The notes under the pieces were generated by a model that was not told the origin of the DNA, made no database searches, and was given only the letters and a program-made list of their open reading frames with translations. Shown piece by piece: positions 1-10,010 of a DNA stretch of 64,000 nt (its first letter is position 1; each line of letters begins with the position of its first letter). The position numbers and the translations under genes are program-made. Source of the DNA: Candidatus Altiarchaeota archaeon (GTDB lineage: Archaea; Altiarchaeota; Altiarchaeia; IMC4; SCGC-AAA252-I15); contig JAZDNF010000008.1 in NCBI GenBank assembly GCA_043800255.1, positions 1 through 64,000 on the forward strand, read 5' to 3'.

Positions 1-3000
1 CTGACCTGCTGCAACTCCGCTAGCAGCGATACCTGTTACTTCAACAGCAGTCCCAACCGTTGCACTTCCTGTTAAAGCACTTGCTGCAAGAGCACCCTTA
101 CTTGCTAGACCAGCAACACCCGCTCCAGTAGCACCTGCTACTGCTCCAACAGCAAAAGAAGTAACAGCTTGCTCTGATGAATAACTCTGGTGGTATATTT
201 GCGTTGTTATGACATAATCTATACCAACACTTACTACACCCCCAATCGCTGCCGAAACCAATAAAGGATTATCGCCTTCTGGATCATTGTATTTCAGTGG
301 GTTATTACGAACATAACTGTAACGATTTAAGTCCTGAGGATTAAATGGGTCAGGTATATCCCTATCAGGACTGATAACTCTACCAATTTCTGGGTTATAA
401 AACCTATGCGTAGCATCATACAATAAAATATTTTTATCATACTCATAACCCGTATATAGATTCCTACTAGTTCCTTCTCTCAAAATCTTCCCGTATGGGT
501 AGTACCTTGTCCTTTCGACTACACCGCCAGACGAGTTAGTAACGACATGCGTTCCTCCCAAATGATCGTCATGGTAGTAGTACTTCTTACCCTCTGAGTC
601 AAGACGTGCTACCAGTTCCCCATTCGCATAATAGTAAGCAGTAGTGTATGTTCCTGATGAATTTACTTTTGTTTCGAACTCTTTTCCAAGGTAGTATGTC
701 GTTACGTTACCGCCACCTGTTAGATATTCTACCTTTTTGAATCTCCTGTTATTATGATCATACCAATATTCAGCTACGATTGAACCACTAGTTCCACCAC
801 TTCGAACTCTCTTCAATTGATTCGCATCATTGTACTCATAATAAAACCCACTACCACTCTGCAAATTGCCATTAGCATCATAAGCCATAGTGGTCGGAAG
901 CGAGCCGAACTCGATGGTAGAACCGCTAACATCCAACACTCCGTCCAAAGTCAAATCAGCGTCCAAGTATATTGTGGTTGATGAGAGGGTCAGTGATTTA
1001 CTGGAACCCATGCTAATTCCACCACCAGAGGGGAGAGTCACATTACCCCCTGCTGCAGTTGTATTGGTACTAATAAGCCAATCTCCTGTAACAGGCGGGT
1101 TTACGCCTGTGACAGTAGCAGTAAAGTGACCTGCCCCAGAAGTCAACGCATGCGGACCAGCAGAACCCTCACCATAAGAATAATTAGCCACCAGCCCAGA
1201 AGTGTTAACTCTCACGATATTGCCAATCGTAGAATACGTGTATGTGATCGTATAGTTTCCTGTTTCGATAGCAGTTATTAACCGGTCAATGTCATCATAC
1301 GTGAAGGTTTGAGTAAAGCCTTCAACAGTCTCGTTAATGCCCAAAATGTTGCCAACACCATCATAACCGTAAGTGAGATTCTGAACTCCCGAAGTCAAGA
1401 TATTACTCAGGCGGAAATCGTCCGAATTATATGCTAGTATAGTGGTTTTACCGTTGTTGTAACTCTTGCTCGTGATCTTACCCAAAGCATTATAGTCGAA
1501 ATCCTCGACAACGCCGCTCAAATTCTCCAACAGACCCTGCGAATTATACGACAGATAGACGGTGCTGGCATCCGGGAACGTGACACCTGTAACCCTGTCC
1601 AAGGAATCATAACTGTAAATCTTCCTCCAATCGAAGGAGCCGGAGGTCACGTTCTCCTCAGTCTTCCTAAGCCTCTGATCAAAGCCGAACCGCGTCCTGG
1701 ACGCGGAGGTGTTAACCTCCGTGAGAGTTCCAAGCACGTTCTCATCATAAGAGTAAGTTGTGTCGGTGTCGCTTGGGAAATCCTGTTTAGTGACTCTGTT
1801 CAGAGAATCATAGGTAAAAGAGATGTTTGTGCTCAGGGCGTCAGCCTGCCAGACGAGATTCCCAACCCCGTCAAAACCATACTGCCAAGTGCCCAAATCA
1901 GGATCGATAAGCTTCGTCTTCCTGCCCAAAGAATCATACTCAAACTTGAAGACATTACCAGCGTCATCTGTGATGTTCACCAGATTATCCATCGCATCAT
2001 AAGCGTACTGGGTCGTGAAAGTCTGACTGCCGACCTTCTCCTTAACCCTCACAATCCTGCCAAAAGCGTCAGAATAATAGATTCTCCTGTGGCCGTTCTC
2101 ATCCCAAACGGTAGTATTCCAATGGTCATAAGTGAGATTCCGGAACGAACCATCAGTGTTAATCTGCCTGACAACCCTGTCAAGAACATCATACTCAAAC
2201 GAGACGTTCCTCTGAGTGTTATCAGGGCTCGTATACCAGCTACCGGCAGCCACAAGATGAGGCACGGACTTCTTCTCCACCCTGCCAAGAGCGTCAAAGA
2301 AGATGTTAGAGACTATTTGATTGGTGCCGCCCTCGGCTTCACCCCTAGTCTGCACAACACGGCCGAAACCGTCCACGAAAGTGTATGTGTCCAGAGTACT
2401 GCCGCCGGCAGACTCCCTCCTAGAAACCAAGAGACCCGCAGGCGCGGAACCATTCCGATAATAACTATAACTGACTGTAGGACTGCCACTGCTATCATAT
2501 GGCTGAACCTCCTTCAGAACCCGCCCGAAAGCATCATACTCATACGTTGTAGTATAACCGTTCGGATCCTCCACAGACAGCAAGTTGCCAGTGCCCAAAT
2601 CATAAGAATAGTTGACAGTATGGCCTAATGCGTTGACCATCTGATCAGGATACGTGTAAGTCGTATCGCCGCTGCCAAAGGCGTATTCTGTAACCCTGCC
2701 CTTAGCGTCGGTCACATTGATAAGATTACCGTAAGAATCGTAACCAAACTCTGTAATAGGATCGACTCCAACAGCCAACCACTCCTCCGTCTTAGTAAGT
2801 TCGCCCTTGGTCGGCACATCGTCTAAGTCGCCGTGATCATAGTAGTAGAGGGTCTGCTGCACTTGAGTACCATCCTTATCGAACAATGAGGAGTTCTTCG
2901 CTCTGTCAACAATCCACAGACTGGAATTATAGACATAGTCGGTGTATGCCGTCCTGTCATCATCAGAATCAGAAGTGTCGCCCACAAAGGAAGTCTTGTT

Positions 3001-5502
3001 CACATTACCATAAAGGTCATAGACGTACTGGGTTCTCTTGATTCTTGAGTCAGAACCTGAACCATCAAAAGTGAACTCGTCAACCTGCTGGAGATAGACA
3101 TCATATATACCACTTCCCAAGTTAGTCACGCCGAAACTATAATTAGTCTGCGAATGAGGATTGCCGGAAGAATCATTGGTCCGGGTCTTATACTCCCTGC
3201 CCCTGTGACTGTCATTCTGATAAAACCAATGCTCAACAGTGCCATCCAACGGGCCAGTGACCTTAACATAAGCGAAACCCCTGAAATCATGCTCCACATA
3301 ATCATAAGCCCCGCCAGAATACTCAAACCCGTAAGAGCCAGTAGAATTATGAGAACCAGACAGACCATTCTCCTCAGTGGTAGAATTAACACAACGGAAA
3401 ACCATGCTAAGATTATAATTCTCAAACCCAGAGGAGGGAATATAATCGATAGACGTCCTACCGCCGAGACTATTATTCACACCAGACAACAAATCAGGAG
3501 TAGAACCATTATTAAGGTAAACCTTCTGGTAGGGAGGCTCGCCTGAAACTGGAATCGATCTAAGCACATCAACTAACCCGTCACCATTAACATCAGCCAA
3601 CCGTGTTCCCTCATCGCTCTCATAATAGTTGAACCACTCAGGATTACTCCAACTCCCATCCTCAACCCAGCCAGTGCCATTGTTAATGTAAACCTTGTTA
3701 GTACAATCCCCCTCCCTGCAATAGTATCTTAGAACGTCAACCAGACCATCACCATTCGCATCCGCTAACCGCGTGCCCTCATCATAGCCTGTGGAACTGG
3801 CAAAAGCCTCAGGATTACTCCAACTAGCATCCTCCTCCCAATTAGTCCCGTTATTAATGTAAACCTTATCATGAAGCGACACCCTCCTAAGAACGTCAAC
3901 CAAGCCGTCACCATTCACATCAGCCAACCGCGTGCCCTGATCCTTACCATTAGAGCTGAAGACTTCTGGAAGAACCCAGCCAGCATCCTCCTCCCAACCC
4001 GTGCCGTTGTTAATGTAAACTACCTTCGTAGTATCAGGCGTCACATATGACCCAAAGATGATGTCAGGATAACCATCGCCATTCACGTCCGCAATCCGCG
4101 TCCCATAATCACCGGAAGTGTCGCCCAAATCCACAGGAATAAACCAATGAGTCGCATTAGTGGCATTATCCCAACTGGTCCCATCATTTAACCATACCAT
4201 GTTATCACTACCACCATCAACTCTACGCAAAATGTCGACTAAACCATCATTGTTAACGTCATCCAAACGAGTTCCATAATCCCCACCACTATTCCCCAAA
4301 TCTGTTGGAATAATCCAATGAGAAGCGTTAGTGGCGTTCTCCCAACCAGAACCAGTATTAAGGTAAACTACGTTCACCGTTCCACCAGCCACTCTCCTAA
4401 GCACATCAATCAAACCATCAGCGTTCACGTCAGCAAGACGTGTACCAATATCATCCCCATTAGAAGATAGGAAATACTCGGGTATGCTCCAGCTGCTGTC
4501 TTCCTCCCAGTTCTCCTGCTTGCGCTGGTATCCGAACCGGGTCGGCGGGAGACTCACACTGGTAACGTTCGCATACTCTGCGATAGAGACCAGCAAAGAC
4601 TTGGGCGAATAAGAACTCTGCGAATAGTTGAACTCGTACAACCTAACCTGCTTAGTATTAACTGTGATGTTAACCTCCCTCAGACGACGAGCCTGCAAGA
4701 CCTCAGAACCCTGATCAAAAACCGTCACAAGATCAGGGCGGTCGCTGCCCTCTCTCGTGAAATAGACGACCCTGTCCTTGTCATTATTGTACTCGATCTT
4801 GTCCAAATAGACGGTGCCCTTATCCTTCGCCGTCGGATTCTCCTGATAACTGTAATAAATCTTATTACCATGCGTGTCCTCAACCTGGTCCAGACTCCAA
4901 CGCCACACATAATCCTGGGTGTTCGATAAAGCCTCGGAATCATTATTATAGCCGAATCTGTACTCGGTACCCCCCCAGGTAATAACAACCCAGTAATCAC
5001 CTTCCGTATTTGGAGCGCCAGACTGGTTTGATATATACAGGTAAGATTCTACTCGAGTGTGATACCTCCCATCAGAAGTGTTATAAATCAGATCATGTTT
5101 TTGTCCGTTGAAGATTAAATCAAAAGAATCGTCAGCCGTATCATCCGGAGTATAATTCACATCCCTCTGAACATAATCCAGATTAAGATCCCAACCCAAG
5201 CCAGCGAAACCAGCCCGGCCCTTAGAACCGTGGCTGTTATAGGACAAGACAACTTGGGGAGTCAGACCGTTCGTGCCAGGCGGAAGCTTAAGAGGATACG
5301 AATACGAACCACCGCAAGTGAACAACGAAGTCTCAAAAGCATCCTCAAGCGTTAAAGGACTCTCAGGCGGAGACACAGACTCATGCAAATACGTCTTATA
5401 CTCGAAGTCGGCGGAAACAGACAAAGAAAACAAAAAAAGACACAAGACAATGGAGAAAAATTTAACCCTGAAGATAAAACCAAGACACGCCACTCCAACC
5501 AC
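1..5502 (-). CDS. Secreted SpvB/FG-GAP/YD-RHS repeat polymorphic toxin (3' end runs off the window)
   Basis: Not in the ORF track because no stop lies in the window. Manual translation from GTG 5502 gives a signal peptide (..FSIVLCLFLFSLSVSA) and SpvB-like LPPGTNGLTPQVVLSYNS. Six GTRLADVNGDG repeats and YD repeats follow, then the RHS core PQDLNRYSYVRNNPLKYNDPEG near 270-340. The frame was open in every stretch spot-checked. Confidence 0.9.
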   Translation of the reverse strand, partial: MVGVACLGFIFRVKFFSIVLCLFLFSLSVSADFEYKTYLHESVSPPESPLTLEDAFETSLFTCGGSYSYPLKLPPGTNGLTPQVVLSYNSHGSKGRAGFAGLGWDLNLDYVQRDVNYTPDDTADDSFDLIFNGQKHDLIYNTSDGRYHTRVESYLYISNQSGAPNTEGDYWVVITWGGTEYRFGYNNDSEALSNTQDYVWRWSLDQVEDTHGNKIYYSYQENPTAKDKGTVYLDKIEYNNDKDRVVYFTREGSDRPDLVTVFDQGSEVLQARRLREVNITVNTKQVRLYEFNYSQSSYSPKSLLVSIAEYANVTSVSLPPTRFGYQRKQENWEEDSSWSIPEYFLSSNGDDIGTRLADVNADGLIDVLRRVAGGTVNVVYLNTGSGWENATNASHWIIPTDLGNSGGDYGTRLDDVNNDGLVDILRRVDGGSDNMVWLNDGTSWDNATNATHWFIPVDLGDTSGDYGTRIADVNGDGYPDIIFGSYVTPDTTKVVYINNGTGWEEDAGWVLPEVFSSNGKDQGTRLADVNGDGLVDVLRRVSLHDKVYINNGTNWEEDASWSNPEAFASSTGYDEGTRLADANGDGLVDVLRYYCREGDCTNKVYINNGTGWVEDGSWSNPEWFNYYESDEGTRLADVNGDGLVDVLRSIPVSGEPPYQKVYLNNGSTPDLLSGVNNSLGGRTSIDYIPSSGFENYNLSMVFRCVNSTTEENGLSGSHNSTGSYGFEYSGGAYDYVEHDFRGFAYVKVTGPLDGTVEHWFYQNDSHRGREYKTRTNDSSGNPHSQTNYSFGVTNLGSGIYDVYLQQVDEFTFDGSGSDSRIKRTQYVYDLYGNVNKTSFVGDTSDSDDDRTAYTDYVYNSSLWIVDRAKNSSLFDKDGTQVQQTLYYYDHGDLDDVPTKGELTKTEEWLAVGVDPITEFGYDSYGNLINVTDAKGRVTEYAFGSGDTTYTYPDQMVNALGHTVNYSYDLGTGNLLSVEDPNGYTTTYEYDAFGRVLKEVQPYDSSGSPTVSYSYYRNGSAPAGLLVSRRESAGGSTLDTYTFVDGFGRVVQTRGEAEGGTNQIVSNIFFDALGRVEKKSVPHLVAAGSWYTSPDNTQRNVSFEYDVLDRVVRQINTDGSFRNLTYDHWNTTVWDENGHRRIYYSDAFGRIVRVKEKVGSQTFTTQYAYDAMDNLVNITDDAGNVFKFEYDSLGRKTKLIDPDLGTWQYGFDGVGNLVWQADALSTNISFTYDSLNRVTKQDFPSDTDTTYSYDENVLGTLTEVNTSASRTRFGFDQRLRKTEENVTSGSFDWRKIYSYDSLDRVTGVTFPDASTVYLSYNSQGLLENLSGVVEDFDYNALGKITSKSYNNGKTTILAYNSDDFRLSNILTSGVQNLTYGYDGVGNILGINETVEGFTQTFTYDDIDRLITAIETGNYTITYTYSTIGNIVRVNTSGLVANYSYGEGSAGPHALTSGAGHFTATVTGVNPPVTGDWLISTNTTAAGGNVTLPSGGGISMGSSKSLTLSSTTIYLDADLTLDGVLDVSGSTIEFGSLPTTMAYDANGNLQSGSGFYYEYNDANQLKRVRSGGTSGSIVAEYWYDHNNRRFKKVEYLTGGGNVTTYYLGKEFETKVNSSGTYTTAYYYANGELVARLDSEGKKYYYHDDHLGGTHVVTNSSGGVVERTRYYPYGKILREGTSRNLYTGYEYDKNILLYDATHRFYNPEIGRVISPDRDIPDPFNPQDLNRYSYVRNNPLKYNDPEGDNPLLVSAAIGGVVSVGIDYVITTQIYHQSYSSEQAVTSFAVGAVAGATGAGVAGLASKGALAASALTGSATVGTAVEVTGIAASGVAAGQ
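3540..4500 (-). repeat. Six FG-GAP/VCBS-like repeats inside the RHS gene
   Basis: GTR(L/I)(A/D)D(V/A)NxDG(L/Y)xD recurs about every 55-60 aa. Confidence 0.85.
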
Positions 5503-5580
5503 TGGTTACCAATTAGAACCACCCTATAAAAAGAATCCGCGCAGGCCCGGCCGCTTTTTTATAGGCTTGTCTAATTGTTT

Positions 5581-5808
5581 ATGATGTTGGACGAGAATGG
5601 GATTAGGGAGCAGGGCATCAGGATCATTGAAGAGTTCTCGAAGGCCTTGAAGGACATTCCAGAGACCGGCGAGACGCACTATGTGGTTGAGCTGAAGAAT
5701 GTCTGGCGGGAGGACGGGAAGCCTGTCCTCGACAGGACATACAGGGACAGGTTCAGGAAGCTGGTCCCCAGATGGGAGGATAATCATGTCATCACGGAAA
5801 AAGGCTGA
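5581..5808 (+). CDS. gatC: Asp/Glu-tRNA amidotransferase subunit C (archaeal type)
   Basis: IIEEFSKAL..ETHYVVELKNVWREDG..EKG pattern. Confidence 0.75.
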   Translation: MMLDENGIREQGIRIIEEFSKALKDIPETGETHYVVELKNVWREDGKPVLDRTYRDRFRKLVPRWEDNHVITEKG

Positions 5809-7027
5809 TAGGGTGTCAACTGCCATAATAATGGCAGCGGGGGAGGGGACGCGGTTGAGGCCTCTGACTTCGACCAGGCCCAAGCCGATGCTGCCCATAG
5901 CAGGCAAGCCGATACTCAAATGGGATCTTGACGCCCTCGCAGATGCAGGCATAAGGAAGGCCGTACTTGTCGTAGGATACATGAAGGAGTCGATCCAGGA
6001 GTACTTCGGCAAGAAATACAGGACAATTAACCTGGAGTATGTCATCCAGAAGGAGCAGCTGGGCACAGGCCACGCTGTGCTGACAGCAGAGGATAATGTA
6101 AAAGGCGATTTTTTGGTGATGAACGGTGACGTGCTCGTCTCCTCAAAGCTTGTGAAGTCGTTCCTCAAAAGCCACAAGTATGACGCATCCATGTGCCTTG
6201 TGAAAGTCGACAGGCCGGAGCACTTCGGCATAGTCCAGCTGAGAGATGACGCTGTGGCATCGCTGGAGGAGAAGCCAGCAAAGCCTAAAAGCAACCTCGC
6301 GAACGCGGGACTGTACATTTTCGATGAAAAGGTATTCGACATCCTCAGGAAGCTGAAGAAGTCGAAGAGGATGGAATACGAGCTGACTGACGCCATAAAA
6401 GCGCTCATCAAAGACGGCAGAGTCTTCGGATGCGTCTGCAACGAGCTGTGGGTCGACGTCGGAAGGCCCTGGGACCTGCTGGACGCGAACGAGATAATCA
6501 TCAAAAACGAAAACCTGAAGGTAAGCAAGAGTGCCATAATAGAAGACTATGCTGTCATCAAAGGCAAAGTCCACATAGGAGAAGGCACCGTAGTCCGGTC
6601 AGGCTCTTACATAGAGGGCCCCTGTTACATAGGCAGGGACTGCATCATAGGGCCGAACTGTTACATACGGCCCTACTCGACCATACAGAACAGATGCCAT
6701 ATCGGCAACGCCGTCGAGATAAAGAACTCGATAATAATGCCTGACACGAGCATAGGCCACCTGAGCTATGTGGGCGATTCCATAATAGGGAAAGGTTGCA
6801 ACTTCGGCGCAGGCACCAAGGTGGCAAACCTCAGGTTCGACAATCAAGAGGTAAAAGTCGAGATAAGCCAGACCCTGCAGACTTCAGGGAGGAGGAAGTT
6901 CGGCTGCATCATGGGCGACAACGTGAAGACGGGGATCAACGTGTCGATAATGCCAGGCCGTTCGATATACCCTGGAGCCTACGTTGAGGCTGGCAGCGTC
7001 GTCAGGAACACAATATTCACCGAATGA
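5786..7027 (+). CDS. glmU: Bifunctional sugar-1-phosphate nucleotidyltransferase/acetyltransferase
   Basis: AAGEGTRLRPLT..PKPM motif, LGTGHA, C-terminal hexapeptide LbH domain. Confidence 0.9.
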   Translation: MSSRKKADRVSTAIIMAAGEGTRLRPLTSTRPKPMLPIAGKPILKWDLDALADAGIRKAVLVVGYMKESIQEYFGKKYRTINLEYVIQKEQLGTGHAVLTAEDNVKGDFLVMNGDVLVSSKLVKSFLKSHKYDASMCLVKVDRPEHFGIVQLRDDAVASLEEKPAKPKSNLANAGLYIFDEKVFDILRKLKKSKRMEYELTDAIKALIKDGRVFGCVCNELWVDVGRPWDLLDANEIIIKNENLKVSKSAIIEDYAVIKGKVHIGEGTVVRSGSYIEGPCYIGRDCIIGPNCYIRPYSTIQNRCHIGNAVEIKNSIIMPDTSIGHLSYVGDSIIGKGCNFGAGTKVANLRFDNQEVKVEISQTLQTSGRRKFGCIMGDNVKTGINVSIMPGRSIYPGAYVEAGSVVRNTIFTE

Positions 7028-7842
7028 TGATCCGAAGACCGTCTGTCGCAGGACAGTTCTACCCCTACGATTCCAGCGTGCTGTACCAGACCATCAAGGA
7101 GATGGTGGAAGACGTTCCAAAAAAGAGAGCAGTTGGCGTCATGTCGCCGCACGCAGGCTACATGTACTCCGGCACTGTGGCAGCGAAGGTCTTCTCAAGG
7201 GTTGAGGCAGCCGACACCTACGTCATACTCGGCCCGAACCACACTGGCATGGGCCCGGACTTTTCGATGATGACTGAAGGCGTATGGCAGATGCCATTGG
7301 GTGAAGTGAGAGTTGACGGCATACTGGCGAAGGAGATGCTCTCAAGGTCCAAATATCTAGAAGACGATTTCACAGCCCACCAGCGGGAGCACTCGATAGA
7401 GGTCCAGCTTCCGTTCATACAATACTTCAAGAAGGACTTTCAGATAGTTCCCATCGCGGTGAAACATTACATCCCGGACGGGAACTTCCTGAAAAACCTT
7501 GCCGACATCGCAGACGCCATCGCGGAGGGGATAAAAAAGACAAAACTGAAGGTGCTTATCGTGGCAAGCACCGACCTTACCCACTATGAATCCCAGGAAA
7601 AGGCTAACGCGAACGACAAGCTGGTTCTCGACTCCGTGCTCGCATTGGACGAGGGCAGACTATTCGAAGCCGTCAGGGAGAATGACATCTCAATGTGCGG
7701 TTACGCCCCGACTGCGGTAATGCTTATGGCAGCGAAGTCCCTCGGAGCCAAGAAGGCGGAACTCGCAGGGTATATGACTTCAGGCGACACGACAGGGGAC
7801 TATTCTGCTGTAGTCGGCTACGGCGGAATAATAGTCAGATGA
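7024..7842 (+). CDS. amrB: AmmeMemoRadiSam protein B (MEMO1 family)
   Basis: RRPSVAGQFYP, PHAGYMYSG, EHSIEVQLPF, STDLTHY, SMCG. Confidence 0.92.
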   Translation: MMIRRPSVAGQFYPYDSSVLYQTIKEMVEDVPKKRAVGVMSPHAGYMYSGTVAAKVFSRVEAADTYVILGPNHTGMGPDFSMMTEGVWQMPLGEVRVDGILAKEMLSRSKYLEDDFTAHQREHSIEVQLPFIQYFKKDFQIVPIAVKHYIPDGNFLKNLADIADAIAEGIKKTKLKVLIVASTDLTHYESQEKANANDKLVLDSVLALDEGRLFEAVRENDISMCGYAPTAVMLMAAKSLGAKKAELAGYMTSGDTTGDYSAVVGYGGIIVR

Positions 7843-8025
7843 CTACTTTCCGAAAACCCAGCTGAGGTTGCTCCAGGAGGTGCTTACAACGTATATGGTT
7901 ATGATGATGACTCCGATTACTGCCGCGAGCGCCACCATGCTGTTCTCCCTCGCATAGTCCCTGAGCTGCTCTATGAAATAGCCCAGCCCCTCTCCGACCA
8001 TCCCCTCCTGGCCTTCGGATGACAT
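7843..8025 (-). CDS. Small single-pass membrane protein
   Basis: 60-aa ORF with one hydrophobic helix, coupled to the upstream ORF. Confidence 0.6.
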   Translation of the reverse strand: MSSEGQEGMVGEGLGYFIEQLRDYARENSMVALAAVIGVIIITIYVVSTSWSNLSWVFGK

Positions 8026-8282
8026 TATCTGTTATCCCCCCTGAAGTCGAACCTGCTTTTCCTAACCTCGGGAGGCTTCTCATCCTCGCCGACGTATTCT
8101 GAATCTGACTTCATCTCCCTACGCATTGCAGCAATCTCCCTGTAGATTTTATCAAGCAGTCCTTCGATGGATTCCATCTTGCTGCGGACGGCGTACACCT
8201 CCTGCCATATCTCCTGCAGATAGTCGATCCTCGAGCGTATTGCATAGAGCTCCTGATAAATTTCATTACCCATGTCAGCCAT
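8025..8282 (-). CDS. Hypothetical coiled-coil protein
   Basis: 85-aa ORF with repeated EIYQELYAIRS/EIWQEVYAVRS units. Confidence 0.65.
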   Translation of the reverse strand: MADMGNEIYQELYAIRSRIDYLQEIWQEVYAVRSKMESIEGLLDKIYREIAAMRREMKSDSEYVGEDEKPPEVRKSRFDFRGDNR

Positions 8283-8320
8283 GTTAATAGATATTTAAAC
8301 TTAGGATATAAATTGCTATC

Positions 8321-8419
8321 ATGGGAGTCAGCAGAAAAAAGAAGCGCCAGAAGATGCGCAAACACAAGCAGAAGAAGCGTAGGAGAAAGCTGAGGAACCT
8401 CAGGCTGAAGAAGAAATAG
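8321..8419 (+). CDS. Small basic protein, bS22/mS38 (AURKAIP1/COX24)-like ribosomal protein
   Basis: Manual translation MGVSRKKKRQKMRKHKQKKRRRKLRNLRLKKK*; TATA-like ATTTAAA upstream at ~8293. Confidence 0.75.
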   Translation: MGVSRKKKRQKMRKHKQKKRRRKLRNLRLKKK

Positions 8420-8422
8420 GTA

Positions 8423-9007
8423 TTACTTCTTCAACCTCTTCAGTTCGGTTTCTATCTCTATCAGACGCTTATGGTACTCTCCAGTTATCTCCCTGAACGT
8501 CGCCTCGTCTATCAGCCTCTTGTGATAGTGTTTTTTCGAATTGTTTATCTTCTCCTCGATCTCCTTGTACTCTGCCCTGAGTTCGTCAACCCTGCTGTCC
8601 GGGACAGCAGCATCGAGCGAAGTTTTCATGCTCTCCTCTATCTTATCCCACTGCCTTATCAGCGCGGCCTCCTCCCTCGCAGTCCTCGTCGTTATCTTCC
8701 CGATTTCGCCTGCAACGGCAGCTTCCTCCTCGCTGGAAAGGCTCAGCCGCTTCTTCTGAATTTTAGACTCAATGTCGGAAATCTCCTTAAGCTTGCCATC
8801 CTTCAAGCCCTGGAGATTGTATATCTCGGTCTTGAGGCCGTCGCGCCTCCTCTTAAGGCTGAGAAGAGCCTTCAGCAGGAGAATGCATAGCACCGCAAAA
8901 GCTATGAGAACGTAAACGACAGTCTGACCGGGAAGATGGTAGAAGAACTCCACCGGCTTCCCCAGGTCGCCTGTTATGAGCACGTCAATGGATTTTTGGG
9001 ATGGCAT
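8423..9007 (-). CDS. Membrane-anchored coiled-coil protein
   Basis: One TM helix followed by heptad-rich charged sequence. Confidence 0.7.
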   Translation of the reverse strand: MPSQKSIDVLITGDLGKPVEFFYHLPGQTVVYVLIAFAVLCILLLKALLSLKRRRDGLKTEIYNLQGLKDGKLKEISDIESKIQKKRLSLSSEEEAAVAGEIGKITTRTAREEAALIRQWDKIEESMKTSLDAAVPDSRVDELRAEYKEIEEKINNSKKHYHKRLIDEATFREITGEYHKRLIEIETELKRLKK

Positions 9008-9011
9008 TATT

Positions 9012-9920
9012 CTAACCTAGGATCATCCGCGTGTTTGAGACTGTTATGGCCGAGGCCCCGTTCCTTACCAAGTCCGGGATTATGTGCCTGAGGTTCCCCT
9101 CCTCTATCACTATGAAGATGTCATACCCGCCTCCCCTGAGGTCTGATATGGTCGGCCTGCCGACGTATCTGTTCAAGGTCTTCAGAACCCTGTCAATGTT
9201 CTTGGAATTTGTGACGTTCAAGTAGACGTTCACCATGCCCTCAGCCCTCAGCGAGCCTTCGAACAAGCTGACTATCTCCTTGATCTTAATGGCCTTCTTC
9301 TTGTCAGCGAGGCTCTTCCTGTTGGCGACAAGCCTTGCAGACGTCTCCCTTATCACGTCGATTATCCTGCAGTTGTTCTCCTTAAGGGTTCTGCCGGTCT
9401 CCGAGGTGTCGACGACGACGTCCGCCTCAGGGTTTGGCGGCACAATCCAGGCCTCCGTCTTCCCCGCAGGCCTCTGGACTATGGCGTTTATCCTGTTCTT
9501 CCGTAGATAGTCTTCAGTCATCTTCGGATACTCTGTTGCGACGACTATCTGCCTGCTTTTGGAGAATTTTTTCAGATCAGATGTGGTTCTCACCTTTGGC
9601 ATGGCATCCAATGAGACAGAAACTACGAGTTTGGTCCTCCCGAACCTGAGGTCCAAGAGCTCCACTATGTTCCTGCCTGCCTTCGGATTCAAAAGCCGGT
9701 ACTCCTCTATTATGTCAGAGCCGGTTATTGCCATGTCGCCCTTCCCTATTGAAATCAATGAAGGGAAATCCTGCGGGCGCAGGCGCTTCAGCATTATCTG
9801 CTCGTCGTCTATGTACGGCGCATACCCTCTCTCGGATATCCTGACCTTGTAGCCTGAGTTCCTGAACAGATCGAGAACTTGATCCTGGAGATGGCCATCC
9901 GGAACGTAAAACTTTATCAT
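9012..9920 (-). CDS. hisG: ATP phosphoribosyltransferase
   Basis: RPQDFP, GITG-like motif, ATEYP, GKTEA, DTSETGRTL, C-terminal regulatory domain. Confidence 0.92.
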   Translation of the reverse strand: MIKFYVPDGHLQDQVLDLFRNSGYKVRISERGYAPYIDDEQIMLKRLRPQDFPSLISIGKGDMAITGSDIIEEYRLLNPKAGRNIVELLDLRFGRTKLVVSVSLDAMPKVRTTSDLKKFSKSRQIVVATEYPKMTEDYLRKNRINAIVQRPAGKTEAWIVPPNPEADVVVDTSETGRTLKENNCRIIDVIRETSARLVANRKSLADKKKAIKIKEIVSLFEGSLRAEGMVNVYLNVTNSKNIDRVLKTLNRYVGRPTISDLRGGGYDIFIVIEEGNLRHIIPDLVRNGASAITVSNTRMILG

Positions 9921-10010
9921 CTGATTATTTATCGCAATCCTGTTTTATTAAGTCAGCAGTTTTATATAATCCTAATCCTATAAGTTTACCGAATTCTGCA
10001 CGTGGTGGGG

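Noticed and set aside
1-5502. Stop-codon recoding as the reason no long ORF was called
   Set aside because: No in-frame stops in the spot-checked stretches; the gene simply runs off the window.
890-5584. Short track ORFs in the first 5.6 kb
   Set aside because: They are shadow frames of the long minus-strand RHS gene.
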